Source: Spirochaetota bacterium
Lineage (GTDB): Bacteria > Spirochaetota > UBA4802 > UBA5550
Length of the DNA: 64,000 nt
Reading direction: 5' to 3'
NCBI GenBank assembly: GCA_050298055.1
Contig: JBNKTL010000028.1
Coordinates: 1 to 64,000, forward strand
Under the pieces are notes generated by a model. That model made no database searches and had not been told where the DNA came from. It saw only the letters and a program-made list of their open reading frames with translations. This document shows, in pieces, positions 19,439-30,157 of this stretch (position 1 is the first letter of the stretch; every line of letters starts with the position of its first letter). Made by a program: the position numbers and the translations under genes.

Positions 19439-20938
19439 GTGAACGAGAGAATTATAATGATCTTTCTCCTCATCCTGTTCCTCACCTCATGCTCGAAAAG
19501 TGATGATAAAATAAATCAAGATATTATCCTTCCCGGCGCTGTCTGCGAAGCACCTTCTCTTTACGACACATCTTCTCCAACAACAGTTGTTGGCGACGGA
19601 ACTCCAGGCAGCTGCACTGAGGGTGACCTCCGGACAGCTGCAAACAGCGGCGGAATCATCGTGTTCTCCTGCGGTGCGGGCCCCGTGACTATTACTATCA
19701 CCTCGCAGATCGTCTTCACCAAGGAGACCGTGCTGGACGGCGGGGGGCTTATTACTCTCAGTGGCAACGGCACCTCGCGAATTCTCTACCTCGATTCCGC
19801 ATACGACCAGACCACGCCGAGGCTCACCGTGCAGCGGCTTACCTTCATCGATGGAAAATCGCCTGTGGGATCAGATGACACGGCAAGTGGCGGAGGCGCC
19901 ATTTACCGGGACGGCGGCAGTCTCACGGTGATCAATTGTACATTTACCGGCAACAGCGCGCCCCTGTCCGGACAGGACGTCGCCGGCGGCGCCATCTACG
20001 GGTTCGGCGGCGGGGAAACAATTATCTCGGGATCGAACTTTTCCGGGAACAGAGCCGGCAACGGCGGAGCGGTGGGCAGCCTGAACGGAGACCTCATAAT
20101 CATCAACAGCCAGTTCAGCGGCAACTCGGCAACCGGTTCCGGGGGCAATCCCGGAGACGGTGGCTGCGGCGGTGCCATTTACATGGACGGCAGGGATGAA
20201 AAAACCTCCCTGTGCCGCGTGTCAATCGATGGCAACGATGCGGGGGCCATCGGCGGCGGCTTTTTCCGCGTGTCTAACGACGACTCCGGATCCTTCGCCA
20301 TGAACCTGACCACCGTTGACACCAATACCGTCACCGCAGCGGGTTCTGGAAACGCCGGCGGTTTGTACCTTCAGGGACTGGTGCTCAATATCACCAACAG
20401 CGCCATTACAAATAACCAGGCCTTTTACAACGGCGGTATATGGATGAAGACCATCACCATGGGCATAACCAATATCACCATAACGGGGAACACGGCAACC
20501 GGCAGTAACGGCGGCGGCCTGTGGTTATCCAGCCCGGTAACCGGGACATTCCTCAACTGCACCATTGCAGACAACAGTGCACCTGCCAGCGGCCAGGGCG
20601 GGGGCGCCATGTTCAGCACCGGTGAGATAACGGGACTTGTGCTGAAAAACAGCATTATCGCCAACAACACCTCCGGGACATGGGCGCCCGGGTGCAGCGA
20701 CCTGCTGGAGGACGGAGGCGGCAACCTGGAATGGCCCGTCGGTACCAACTGCTCCGCAAAACCGCTGATTGCAGATCCCTTACTGGGAATACTGGCAGAC
20801 AATGGCGGTGAAACAGAAACAATGCTGCCTGCGAATTCCAGTCCGGCAAAGGGAACGGGTACCGGCTGTCCCGAAACAGACCAGCGAGGCATAACACGAA
20901 GCGAACCATGTACGTCGGGATCTGTGGAAGTCCCGTAG
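19439..20938 (+). CDS. Lipoprotein with right-handed beta-helix (GGAI repeats) and choice-of-anchor-Q-like C-terminus
   Basis: Lipobox LTSC; GGGAIY/F.GN.A repeats; DPLLG.LADNGG.T.T...SPA...DQRG..R; GC-rich. Confidence 0.85.
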   Translation: MNERIIMIFLLILFLTSCSKSDDKINQDIILPGAVCEAPSLYDTSSPTTVVGDGTPGSCTEGDLRTAANSGGIIVFSCGAGPVTITITSQIVFTKETVLDGGGLITLSGNGTSRILYLDSAYDQTTPRLTVQRLTFIDGKSPVGSDDTASGGGAIYRDGGSLTVINCTFTGNSAPLSGQDVAGGAIYGFGGGETIISGSNFSGNRAGNGGAVGSLNGDLIIINSQFSGNSATGSGGNPGDGGCGGAIYMDGRDEKTSLCRVSIDGNDAGAIGGGFFRVSNDDSGSFAMNLTTVDTNTVTAAGSGNAGGLYLQGLVLNITNSAITNNQAFYNGGIWMKTITMGITNITITGNTATGSNGGGLWLSSPVTGTFLNCTIADNSAPASGQGGGAMFSTGEITGLVLKNSIIANNTSGTWAPGCSDLLEDGGGNLEWPVGTNCSAKPLIADPLLGILADNGGETETMLPANSSPAKGTGTGCPETDQRGITRSEPCTSGSVEVP

Positions 20939-21284
20939 AACGCAGAAAACCTGCCGCTCACCCCTCATCTCTTGGCGAATTGGTATCCGGAAAAGGAAAT
21001 CAACGGGGTTCCACAGGGATACATAAAATAATAGTCATTCATTTTATGTGTGGGGAAGGGAAAAATTAAGGGAATTTTCTTTCATACCGGAAATAAATGG
21101 TCCGGTTGATGGTTTTTCCCGTGTCAGGAAAACCGGTATGGCTGAGTAATGACAATAAAAGAAAAAATATCTTGCATTTATTCTCGAAATTGATAATATT
21201 TTATTTTCTTCAATAAAAAAACATTCCGCTAAAGACTGTAATTTAAGGATGACCTGTAATGATCTTCATGATTGGGGGATTCCA

Positions 21285-22082
21285 ATGAAAAAGAAAATTT
21301 TATTGATCTGTTCTTTCCTGGTAATTTTTTCGTGCAGCGAAAACAGCATTACAAAACTGGCTGATAAGTTTGGATTTGTTTATGACAGGGAACAGGACAT
21401 CTATGTATCAAAAGTCAATTCGTGGCAGCGAAAAGCCGGGTATTCTTCCCTGGTGGACCTCATATCCGTACCTGCGAACATGGTGATTCACTGCGAACCG
21501 GTCAAGTTCGACTATAAGGGAAAACCATATATGATCGAACTGTGGAAAGGACAATATGGTGTGTCAACCGGGGCTGAGATAGGAATATATAAAAAAAATA
21601 ATCCAAAAAAGAAACAGTGGACCTGCGGAGAAGACGAAGACAAGCTGAAGATGTCATATGTCTTGAAAAAGAACGGGAAAACAGTCTTTCAAAGAAAAGG
21701 CCTTCACTGGTGGCTCACCGGTTTTAAACCGGGGGAATTCTCCGAACCTGATGAACTGACAATGGAAATATCCCTCTCCTTTGAAAAGCACACAGAGATG
21801 CTTGAAGCTTTTGCAAAACGGATAAAAAAAATGGGATATGATATTGAGAGAAACGGAGACACAATTACTTTCCGGTTTGGCAAACCGAAATCAAAGCAGC
21901 CTTTGTCCTTCAGGTCTGACCTTGCGGGCAAGACTCAAAAAAGAAATAAAAAACTGGTTGCGTTGTATAATAATGCAAAAACAGGCGTGAAAGTCAATGA
22001 TAACAGCCCGGAATCAATCGAGAAAATCATACGCAAGGCGCCAAAACTGGTTTTAAAACTGAATACATATAAATTCGATTAA
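21285..22082 (+). CDS. DUF4474-like lipoprotein
   Basis: Lipobox IFSC; YD..QDI, WQR..GY, CEPVKFDY, IELWKGQYG.STGAEIGIY, HWWLTGF. Confidence 0.8.
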   Translation: MKKKILLICSFLVIFSCSENSITKLADKFGFVYDREQDIYVSKVNSWQRKAGYSSLVDLISVPANMVIHCEPVKFDYKGKPYMIELWKGQYGVSTGAEIGIYKKNNPKKKQWTCGEDEDKLKMSYVLKKNGKTVFQRKGLHWWLTGFKPGEFSEPDELTMEISLSFEKHTEMLEAFAKRIKKMGYDIERNGDTITFRFGKPKSKQPLSFRSDLAGKTQKRNKKLVALYNNAKTGVKVNDNSPESIEKIIRKAPKLVLKLNTYKFD

Positions 22083-22160
22083 CAATTTCCTGCTTTTCCG
22101 CAGGTCCCGTACTCTTCGGCCAGTTGATTATAGTCTATGGACATATTCAAAGGAATAGTA

Positions 22161-22283
22161 TTATTTTTTTAACCGGGGAAAAAACATCGGGACCTGTTTT
22201 TTATATTCGCGGTAATCTTTCCCCAGGCGTTTTTCCAGTTCCGGTTCTTCCACTTTCTTTAATTCCCAGTTAGACACAATCAT
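22161..22283 (-). pseudogene. C-terminal fragment of an ICMT/PEMT-family methyltransferase
   Basis: Manual translation MIVSNWELKKVEEPELEKRLGKDYREYKKQVPMFFPRLKK* matches the EE..L...G..Y..Y...VP.F.P C-terminal motif. Confidence 0.7.
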
Positions 22284-22444
22284 TCTCTATAACTATTAAA
22301 ATATATATAAAATTTATTTTGACTTTAAATAATATTTGAACTATAATACTCCCCGAAGAAATAATTAATTGGTTTCCGGTGATTTTTGAAAATCATTCAA
22401 ATTTAATCACTCACCCGGAACAAATTGATTTCGGAGATCACGTG

Positions 22445-23446
22445 ATGTCAGAGCTCAGGCAGGACCCCACAACCTATGACTGGATAATATTCTCTCCGGA
22501 GAGAGAAAAACGTCCCAACGATTTTAAGAAACATAAAGCGCGCAAAATGAAAATCCCCCCACAGAGCAAAAGCTGCCCCTTCTGCCCCGGCAACGAACAT
22601 ATGACACCTGAAGCGGAGTACGTTTATGGAACAGCCGGAGAATACGGGATCCGCGTGGTACCCAACAAGTACCCTGCCCTGAAACCGGAAGGCAACACAA
22701 CGAGAAAAGAAATAAAACTCTTCAGAAAGAGTAACGGCTACGGCAGGCACGAAGTCATTATTGAATCAAGACTGCATAACCAGCTCATACCCTTTATGGA
22801 TGATGAACATGTCCGCAACCTCATAAAGGTCTATATTGACAGGTACCGGACCCTGAAACAGGACCCGAACATTAAGTCCATTGTCATCTTTAAAAACCAC
22901 GGGCTGGAGGCAGGTACATCACTTGAACATCCCCATTCCCAGATTATCGCTTCTCCCATCGTTTCACCCTACATCAGAAAACAGTACAATGTGGCAACCC
23001 GGCATTTTGATCATACGGGGCGGTGCCTTCTGACTGATATCAGCCGGGCGGAAATCGAAGACGGCTCAAGAATTCTGCTTAATAACAAGTACTTTGTTGT
23101 TTTTCATCCTTTTGCTTCACACTATCCCTTCGAAACCTGGATCATGCCGAAGATCAGGAACGCTTCATTCGGCGCGATATCGGAGAAGGAGCTGTATGAG
23201 TTTGTAAAAGTACTGAAGGACGTTCTGCATAAATTATATGTCTGCCTGGATGATCCCGCCTACAACTTCATTATATACACGGCCCCAGTTGAAGATGAAC
23301 TCAAAACATACTATCTCTGGCACATGAAAATAATCCCCCGGCTTATCAAAACCGCCGGCTTTGAACTGGGTTCGGGAATGTACACAAACAACAAGCTCCC
23401 CGAAGAAACGTCAGCTTATATCAGAAATTACTATTACGGAGTATAG
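22445..23446 (+). CDS. galT: Galactose-1-phosphate uridylyltransferase family protein
   Basis: MSELRQDP, R..RP, CPFCPGNE, NKYPAL, G.HEVIIES, GTSLEHPHSQ, AGFELGSG. Confidence 0.9.
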   Translation: MSELRQDPTTYDWIIFSPEREKRPNDFKKHKARKMKIPPQSKSCPFCPGNEHMTPEAEYVYGTAGEYGIRVVPNKYPALKPEGNTTRKEIKLFRKSNGYGRHEVIIESRLHNQLIPFMDDEHVRNLIKVYIDRYRTLKQDPNIKSIVIFKNHGLEAGTSLEHPHSQIIASPIVSPYIRKQYNVATRHFDHTGRCLLTDISRAEIEDGSRILLNNKYFVVFHPFASHYPFETWIMPKIRNASFGAISEKELYEFVKVLKDVLHKLYVCLDDPAYNFIIYTAPVEDELKTYYLWHMKIIPRLIKTAGFELGSGMYTNNKLPEETSAYIRNYYYGV

Positions 23447-23454
23447 TTCCGGGT

Positions 23455-24132
23455 TCAATCCTTTTCAAGTCCGTCCAGAAGCTTTTTCAGCTTCCGGGAA
23501 AAATTCACTGTTTCGGATGAAAGGACAATATCCTTTTTGCTGTGGGAACTGATGATGTCATTGACCAGGGAGTTCTGGAAACCCCTGCTGTAGTCGGCAA
23601 ATTCTTCGGAAAGCTTCGCGGTTTCACTCCCGGAATATCCCTTTCTTTTCCTGAAACCGGGGAGCCTGATTTTCCCTTTCAGCTTCCCGAACAGGAGAGG
23701 GAAAATCCATGCGGCAAAGGCAAGGGAGATAACCGGCAGGAGAATTGTCAGGTTGGTCCTTCCCACATGCGTAAGATAATCGTATGAGTGAGGGTTGAAA
23801 CTCCTGGACCAGATTATCCAGAGTGAATCGGCTATGAGGAGCGACACCAGAAATGAAGTCTTTCCCCGGGGTATGCCAATAGCAGAGAGGCCGGATGAAA
23901 GGAGGAGGATAAAGAAAAAAAGCACAAAGGTACTGAAGCCGATAAGCTTCGTAATGGACAGCATACTGCTGATGAAGCTGTTTATTCCGGACAGGAAATT
24001 CTTTATTTCACTGAGTGTTGATGATATCCCCGAAAAGACAATCATCGTATCGCCCGAAGCCCCGCCGAAAAGTGTCAGGAGAAAGAGTGCAGTAAGAGGG
24101 ATACCTGCATGCACGCCACCGGGATATTTCAT
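23455..24132 (-). CDS. Hypothetical membrane protein
   Basis: Several hydrophobic helices; overlaps the upstream anti-sigma gene by 4 nt. Confidence 0.7.
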   Translation of the reverse strand: MKYPGGVHAGIPLTALFLLTLFGGASGDTMIVFSGISSTLSEIKNFLSGINSFISSMLSITKLIGFSTFVLFFFILLLSSGLSAIGIPRGKTSFLVSLLIADSLWIIWSRSFNPHSYDYLTHVGRTNLTILLPVISLAFAAWIFPLLFGKLKGKIRLPGFRKRKGYSGSETAKLSEEFADYSRGFQNSLVNDIISSHSKKDIVLSSETVNFSRKLKKLLDGLEKD

Positions 24133-24527
24133 TTTATTTCAACCTGGAGATCGATCTGGTTCCCCTCTCTGTTCCATGACGGTTTACAGAGTTTTTTGAT
24201 CATGAAAAGGCCCCAGCCCCTTATACGATTCCTGTCCTTAACGTCAATGGAACTGATAATATCAGGAACGGGGAAACCGTTTCCTTCATCAGTTATCCTG
24301 ATGTGAAGGATTTCATTTTCTGCATACGCATCAACGGATATCATCTTGCTGTTGTCCCACCTGTTCCCATGCTCTATGGCATTTGTCAGGGCCTCTTCAA
24401 TTATTATCAGCAGCTCATTGAAGTCCAGCTCAGGAGATTTCCCGGATTCTGCCAGTTTATCAATCAACTCTTTCACAAGATCCGGTGTGTTTATATCACA
24501 TGTATGATATCTCCTGCTTATTAACAT
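24129..24527 (-). CDS. RsbW-like anti-sigma / Ser kinase (HATPase_c_2)
   Basis: EEALTNAIEHGN, ITDEGNGF, RGWGLFMIK. Confidence 0.9.
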   Translation of the reverse strand: MLISRRYHTCDINTPDLVKELIDKLAESGKSPELDFNELLIIIEEALTNAIEHGNRWDNSKMISVDAYAENEILHIRITDEGNGFPVPDIISSIDVKDRNRIRGWGLFMIKKLCKPSWNREGNQIDLQVEIK

Positions 24528-24688
24528 CGGGGCATTATCTTTTTTTACATTGGTATCCTTAAGCTCATAACAGATTCTTTCATTCCTTCGAAAACAGGCT
24601 TCCCCAAAAATACATGGGAATCTCCCCCTCAGGCATGAATGAGATCATTCCAGGAATTCACTTAACTTAACTTCACTTAATTAAAGAT

Positions 24689-24762
24689 TCGGGATGGGGA
24701 GATTCGAACTCCCGACTTCTGCGTCCCGAACACAGCGCGCTACCGGACTGCGCTACATCCCG
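24689..24762 (-). tRNA. tRNA-Pro (CGG)
   Basis: CGGGATG/CATCCCG acceptor stem, CTGTG-TTCGGGA-CGCAG anticodon arm, GTTCGAATC T-loop. Confidence 0.97.
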
Positions 24763-25113
24763 TTTTTACTGAACAATTAAAATGATCATTACATGTTTAG
24801 TATATAAAAAATAACAGACAATTTCAACATGGTTCTCATTTTATTTATCATAACCCAGTGGTTATGATTCATCTTTATTGTCCTATGACAAGAATCCACA
24901 CAGCGGAAATATTTTCAATGATTTTATCCGGTTGGAAAAAATAATTTTCTCTCTCTGCCGGTTCCCGGAGTTACCGAAACAAAAAAATACTTGCACATGA
25001 AGAGCTTCTTTAATATCTTCACGAAGGCAAATATAAGGAACCTCAATGAATGAGTAATGTTCTCTCGGGAATAAAATACAATGAAGAGAGCTAAAGAATA
25101 CCCGTTATAAGTA

Positions 25114-27675
25114 GTGAATATGAAGATAAAAATCAAAAAATACTGGTCGCCATTTATCAAAAGGGGCCTGGTTGACAGATATTCAAACAGGATCATCGGC
25201 AAAATAATAAGGCTCCTGTTCCGGTCGGTTGAGTTTGACAAAGAAAGCCTCATAAACCTGAACCAGTACATGGACAAAGGGGCTGTGGTATTCGCGTCAT
25301 TTGAGACATCACAGACCTCTCTGCTCATTTTTACCCGTCTCCTGAAAAAGCATGGGATCAAAACACCTCTGATTGCCCTGGGCTTTGTTCCTTACATTCT
25401 GCAGTATATCAGCAATTTCCTGAAAAACAGTTTCATGTATATAATTTCTCTTTTTCAGAGAAAAAAAGACGAACCGGTACCTGACATTGAAAGCATAGCT
25501 GAAATCCTTGAAAGCAATTCAATGATACTCTCTCTTCTTTCAAAAAAAGTTTTTTTCAGGAGATATGTGGAGCTAAAGGCCGATACTTTGAGCTACCTGG
25601 TGGAGATACAGAAAAGGAGCGATAAACCTGTCTACATATTTCCCAAGATCACATTCTGGAACATGAACCCGGAAAGGACCAGGACCCTTATCACATCAAA
25701 ACCAACCGGGGACAGGGGATTTCTCGGTGGTCTTTTTACCATCATAAAGAGCAGGACCCCCGCATTTGTAAGAATATCCGCCCCTCTGAACCTCAGGGAA
25801 GAGATTAAAAATTCAGGTTCCGATGATCCTATTCATATTGCCGGACTCCTGAGATCACGGCTCCTTGACATATTCCACCACGACAAGAGGACTATTCTGG
25901 GCCCTATAATCAAGACCCGTAAGGAGATGATGGACAAGGTGCTCTACCATGAAAATATCCTCGGCCTGATCCGGGAGGTATCAGCCGCCGAAAATATTCC
26001 GGAAACTGCGCTCAGGAAAAAAGCCTTTAAGTATTTCAGGGAGATAGCGGCAGATTTTTCAATGAACTATGTCATGCTTTTTGAGTTTTTCCTGCGGTTT
26101 GTTTTCAGGAAAGTCTATGACGGCATCCATTACGATGACAGTTTTATCCGCAAGATGAGAGATGCGGCCGCGAAAGGACCCCTGATATACCTTCCCTGCC
26201 ACAGGAGCCATATGGATTACCTTATCCTCTCATGCGTTCTCTACCGGAACAAAATCGTCTCCCCGCATATTGTCGCGGGAGCAAATCTCACCTTCTTCCC
26301 CATGGGCAAGCTCTTCAGGAGAAGCGGCGCTTTTTTTATAAGGAGATCCTTCAAAGGGAAGGCTATCTACACTGCCGTACTGAAACAGTATATAAAAACA
26401 CTGATCAACGAAGAATACAGCATTGAGTTCTTCATAGAAGGGGGGAGGACCAGGACGGGCAAGCTTGTTTTCCCGAAAATGGGGATATTAAAATACCTGA
26501 TTGAAGCCATCGAAGAAGGATACAACAGGGATTTGATGCTGGTCCCCCTCTCAATTAACTACGAGAGGATTATGGAAGAATCCGCATACATGAAGGAACA
26601 CGCGGGCATTCAGAAAAAGAAGGAAACGACCTCCGCGCTGGTAAAAAGCAGGAAGCTCCTGAGGAGAAAATACGGCAGGGTCTTTCTCGAATTCAGCGAA
26701 CCGGTAAGCTTCAGGGAAATCACAAAGGAGATCAAAGAGAGCGAAGAGCTCACTCCTTTTGTTGCGAAGTATATCATACGAAAGATTAATGAAGTTGTCC
26801 TGGTGACACCATCCTCCCTGGTCACTGCGGCCATACTTTTTTCACCCTCAACAGGATTTACCGTTAAAACTGTCCATGACAGGGTCATAACACTTCACCG
26901 TTACCTTATGCATACAAAGGCAAAAATGTCCCATGCCCTTGAAGATGAATCTAACTATGATGAACTGATTGACTATCTCTTCGAATCCTTTCTGGATGAC
27001 AGCATCATCAAAAAGAATGATGAAGATATCTACCTTATAAAGGATGATCAGCGTGTGAGAATTAATTTTTACAAGAACAGGATTATACACTTCTTCATAC
27101 CGGTATCATTTACTTCTCTCGCAATAATGCTCTTATCAAGCAGAAAAGAAATTAATCGAAAAGAAATTTACATGAACTTCAACAGGCTTGCTGATTTTTT
27201 TCGCTTTGAATTTATCTATTCGGAGAGCATGAACAACAGGGAGGAAGCCGCAGACAAAATGCTTTCCTACCTGGAGGAGAGGTCGGTCATTTCCCTCGCC
27301 GATAAGAAGATATCTATCATTGACAAAAACAGGGATGAACTTAAGTTCTATGCGGAAATAATCCAGGATTACCTGGAGTCCTACCTTATTGTGTGCAGAG
27401 CAGTCAATGAATCGGTTAAAGGGAAAGTTGAAAAGAAGGATTTGATCCAGGAGATAAGAAAACGGGGAATCAGCATGTACAGGGACGGTGAGATAAAACT
27501 GATGGAATCTCTCTCAATGTCATACTATCACAACAGCATTGATTCTCTTGTGAAACTGAAAGGGTTAAGCCGGTCCGGGGAGGATGAAAAGAAAAAATCA
27601 CTGGAAGTTGACAATGGATCTCTCATCGAAAGCGGGATAAAACTCATTCAGGAGTGCCTGGAAGTACTTGACTGA
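25114..27675 (+). CDS. plsB: Glycerol-3-phosphate acyltransferase, PlsB type
   Basis: CHRSHMDYL (HX4D), GAFFIRRSF, FFIEGGRTRTGK. Confidence 0.88.
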   Translation: MNMKIKIKKYWSPFIKRGLVDRYSNRIIGKIIRLLFRSVEFDKESLINLNQYMDKGAVVFASFETSQTSLLIFTRLLKKHGIKTPLIALGFVPYILQYISNFLKNSFMYIISLFQRKKDEPVPDIESIAEILESNSMILSLLSKKVFFRRYVELKADTLSYLVEIQKRSDKPVYIFPKITFWNMNPERTRTLITSKPTGDRGFLGGLFTIIKSRTPAFVRISAPLNLREEIKNSGSDDPIHIAGLLRSRLLDIFHHDKRTILGPIIKTRKEMMDKVLYHENILGLIREVSAAENIPETALRKKAFKYFREIAADFSMNYVMLFEFFLRFVFRKVYDGIHYDDSFIRKMRDAAAKGPLIYLPCHRSHMDYLILSCVLYRNKIVSPHIVAGANLTFFPMGKLFRRSGAFFIRRSFKGKAIYTAVLKQYIKTLINEEYSIEFFIEGGRTRTGKLVFPKMGILKYLIEAIEEGYNRDLMLVPLSINYERIMEESAYMKEHAGIQKKKETTSALVKSRKLLRRKYGRVFLEFSEPVSFREITKEIKESEELTPFVAKYIIRKINEVVLVTPSSLVTAAILFSPSTGFTVKTVHDRVITLHRYLMHTKAKMSHALEDESNYDELIDYLFESFLDDSIIKKNDEDIYLIKDDQRVRINFYKNRIIHFFIPVSFTSLAIMLLSSRKEINRKEIYMNFNRLADFFRFEFIYSESMNNREEAADKMLSYLEERSVISLADKKISIIDKNRDELKFYAEIIQDYLESYLIVCRAVNESVKGKVEKKDLIQEIRKRGISMYRDGEIKLMESLSMSYYHNSIDSLVKLKGLSRSGEDEKKKSLEVDNGSLIESGIKLIQECLEVLD

Positions 27676-27679
27676 CCGT

Positions 27680-27946
27680 TTACCCGCCCCCTGACAGTTT
27701 CAGACACGATATGACATCTCCGTCTTCAAGCCGTGTCCTCCTGTTGATCCTTATATTGTTCCTGAAATAGACCACGTCTTTCCTGTAATCCAGTCCGATT
27801 TTTTTTAAGACATATTTCAGCCTTGTCCCCTTTGTTGTCTTTACGCATACACCGCTCTTCTTATTATACTCATTGATCTTTACCGTTTTTTCAATACCGG
27901 AGAAGAGCTTTATTGTGACACTGATTTTTTCTTTCTTACCAAACAT
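27680..27946 (-). CDS. MoaD/ThiS-family sulfur carrier
   Basis: Ubiquitin-like size; LEDGDVI...SGGG C-terminus. Confidence 0.85.
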   Translation of the reverse strand: MFGKKEKISVTIKLFSGIEKTVKINEYNKKSGVCVKTTKGTRLKYVLKKIGLDYRKDVVYFRNNIRINRRTRLEDGDVISCLKLSGGG

Positions 27947-27951
27947 AGAAA

Positions 27952-27985
27952 TAAAAAAGGGGCGTCCCCTGCGGGAAAGCCCCTC
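27952..27985 (-). terminator. Intrinsic terminator after the outer-membrane protein gene
   Basis: Minus strand gaggggctttcccgcaggggacgcccc followed by a T-run. Confidence 0.6.
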
Positions 27986-28011
27986 ATTATCATCACATTA
28001 TTAAAACTGTG

Positions 28012-28584
28012 CTATATATTTAATCTCATGCCCAGGGCAACACCGTGTCCCACGGCCTTATCATCCCCGATATTTCTTGTATAGAGAAACTGGTATTCGG
28101 CAAATATCTGGAGCATGGGAAAAAATGTCAGTGCCGCGCCGACGCCCGTCCTGTATGTACTGAAGTACTCGGTTTCATCTTTAGCAACCAGATCTCCGCC
28201 AACTTCTTCCCATATGCCGCTGGCAAATTTCGCGTAGGGATGAAGAGGGATCAGGGGAATGTCAAGCTGTAGATAGAGGTCCAGACCAACGGTCTTTCGC
28301 GTAAATTCGTAATCCTGACTGGAAATTGAATAGTCTAAATTTGAATTTTCCGTATAGAGGCCAACACCCAGCCTGAGAAGGGGAAATATTGGCGTATTAA
28401 AGTGTCCGATAGCGCCATAGGAGAGACCGGTCGGTTCGGGATTTGACTGTCCCGAAATATCACTCTTAATCTCACCTGCGAATGTGTATCCGCCGTAAAT
28501 CCCGATATCGAACAGCGCATAACTTGAAGCCGGTACAAATGCCAGTATCGAAACAACGAGAACAATCGACCTGATTTTTTTCAT
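28012..28584 (-). CDS. Outer-membrane beta-barrel protein
   Basis: Signal peptide (…SYA|LFD) and alternating beta-strand pattern (GVGAALTF, IFAEYQF, VALGMRLNI). Confidence 0.75.
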   Translation of the reverse strand: MKKIRSIVLVVSILAFVPASSYALFDIGIYGGYTFAGEIKSDISGQSNPEPTGLSYGAIGHFNTPIFPLLRLGVGLYTENSNLDYSISSQDYEFTRKTVGLDLYLQLDIPLIPLHPYAKFASGIWEEVGGDLVAKDETEYFSTYRTGVGAALTFFPMLQIFAEYQFLYTRNIGDDKAVGHGVALGMRLNI

Positions 28585-28613
28585 AATTATAATGTCTCCT
28601 TAAAAAAATTATT

Positions 28614-28736
28614 GCAACTACCCGGTTGTATGGTCAAATATATTTACATTAATATCTCCCCGCTGCCTTCTGCTGCGGGGAGATACCGGTTATCTCTTTT
28701 TAAATATATTTATTTTATACATAAATGAATAGTTAC
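28614..28736. repeat. Palindromic intergenic element family, copy A
   Basis: Ends gcaactacccggttgtatgg / catAaatgaatagttac; central hairpin tatctccccgc...gcggggagata. Confidence 0.75.
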
Positions 28737-28896
28737 AAATTATCCAGACTTTTTTACTTGAAAATACTTTCTATAAAATAATTATTTGAAACAATAAAGT
28801 CAAGGAAATAATTAGTTTCTCAGGGGAACTAAACAAATGTTTTTCGCTTTTCAGTAAAAAAGTGAGTGTAATAAAGAATCACTATTGAGGTAAATC

Positions 28897-30114
28897 ATGG
28901 AAGAAAAAGCAATTGCCATACTCTGCAGCGGCGGACCGGCACCGGGGATCAATACTGTTATAAGTTCCGTAGCTAAGGTCTTTTTAAGTGACGGGTACAG
29001 AGTTATCGGAGTAAACCACGGAACAAAGACCCTGTTTACGGACAAGGTGGATACGGTTGACATCAATTTCCCTTTTGCGGACAGAATTTTCGGAAGAGGC
29101 GGATCTACACTTACAATGTCCCGTTATAAGCCGAAAGACAATGAGTTTAAACCAGATTTTTTTAGAAACAACAATGTTAAACTCCTGGTCACTATAGGCG
29201 GAGACGATACCGCTTCCACCGCGAACAGGATAACCAAGTATCTTCATTCCCGGAAAATTGATGTCCAGAATATCCATGTTCCAAAAACCATTGATAACGA
29301 CCTGCCCCTCCCTGACAGGATCCCGACCTTCGGTTACCAGAGTGCCAAAAACGAGGGAGTCCGAATTGGTAATACCGTATATGAGGATGCTAAGACAAGC
29401 GGCAACTGGTTTGTTGTCTCGGCAATGGGAAGAGAAGCAGGGCATATTGCTTACGGTATAGGGACATCATGTCACTATCCCATGATCGTGATACCGGAAA
29501 TGTTCAATAAAACCGAAATTACCCTGGAAAAGATTGTGGATATGATAATATCCTCCATAATCAAGAGAAAAATCCTCGACCTGGATTACGGGGCCGCGGT
29601 TATCAGTGAAGGGGTCTTCCACTTCATGAGGGATGAGGATATTGTCAACTCCGGTATAAACTTCACCTATGATGATCATGGCCATCCTGAACTGGGAAAT
29701 GTCAGCAAGGCCCATATCTTCAATGTCCTTCTACAAAAAAGGCTCAGGGAGCTGAAAATTGAAGTCAAGAGCCGGCCCGTAGAGATCGGTTATGAAATAA
29801 GATGCGTAAACCCCATCGCATACGACCTGAAATACTGTACCATGCTCGGTGCCGGTGTTAAAAAACTCTTTGACGAGGGTAAAACCGGGTGTATTGTGGT
29901 GGCAAAGAATGACGGTTCGATTGAACCTCTCTACCTCAAGGATGTTGAAGACGAAAATGGCAGGATTAAACCGAGGCTTGTTGATATATCATCAGAGGAC
30001 TTTAAACTTGTATACAACAACCTTCACTTCATAAAGGAAAAAAATTACAGGGAAGCTGAAAAGTATATCAGCAATCCGGAAAAATATAACCTGAATAACA
30101 TCCTGAACTGGTAA
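28897..30114 (+). CDS. 6-phosphofructokinase, pyrophosphate-dependent type
   Basis: GGPAPGIN, TIGGDDT (Asp signature), PKTIDND (Lys signature), MGR. Confidence 0.92.
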   Translation: MEEKAIAILCSGGPAPGINTVISSVAKVFLSDGYRVIGVNHGTKTLFTDKVDTVDINFPFADRIFGRGGSTLTMSRYKPKDNEFKPDFFRNNNVKLLVTIGGDDTASTANRITKYLHSRKIDVQNIHVPKTIDNDLPLPDRIPTFGYQSAKNEGVRIGNTVYEDAKTSGNWFVVSAMGREAGHIAYGIGTSCHYPMIVIPEMFNKTEITLEKIVDMIISSIIKRKILDLDYGAAVISEGVFHFMRDEDIVNSGINFTYDDHGHPELGNVSKAHIFNVLLQKRLRELKIEVKSRPVEIGYEIRCVNPIAYDLKYCTMLGAGVKKLFDEGKTGCIVVAKNDGSIEPLYLKDVEDENGRIKPRLVDISSEDFKLVYNNLHFIKEKNYREAEKYISNPEKYNLNNILNW

Positions 30115-30157
30115 AGACTCCGGGTACGGCTTCCGGGCCGTGCCCGCGGTATATCCC

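Noticed and set aside
24661..24684. cttaa tandem repeat at the tRNA-Pro 3' flank
   Set aside because: Short and low-complexity; no tRNA-Pro 3' duplication was seen to suggest an island
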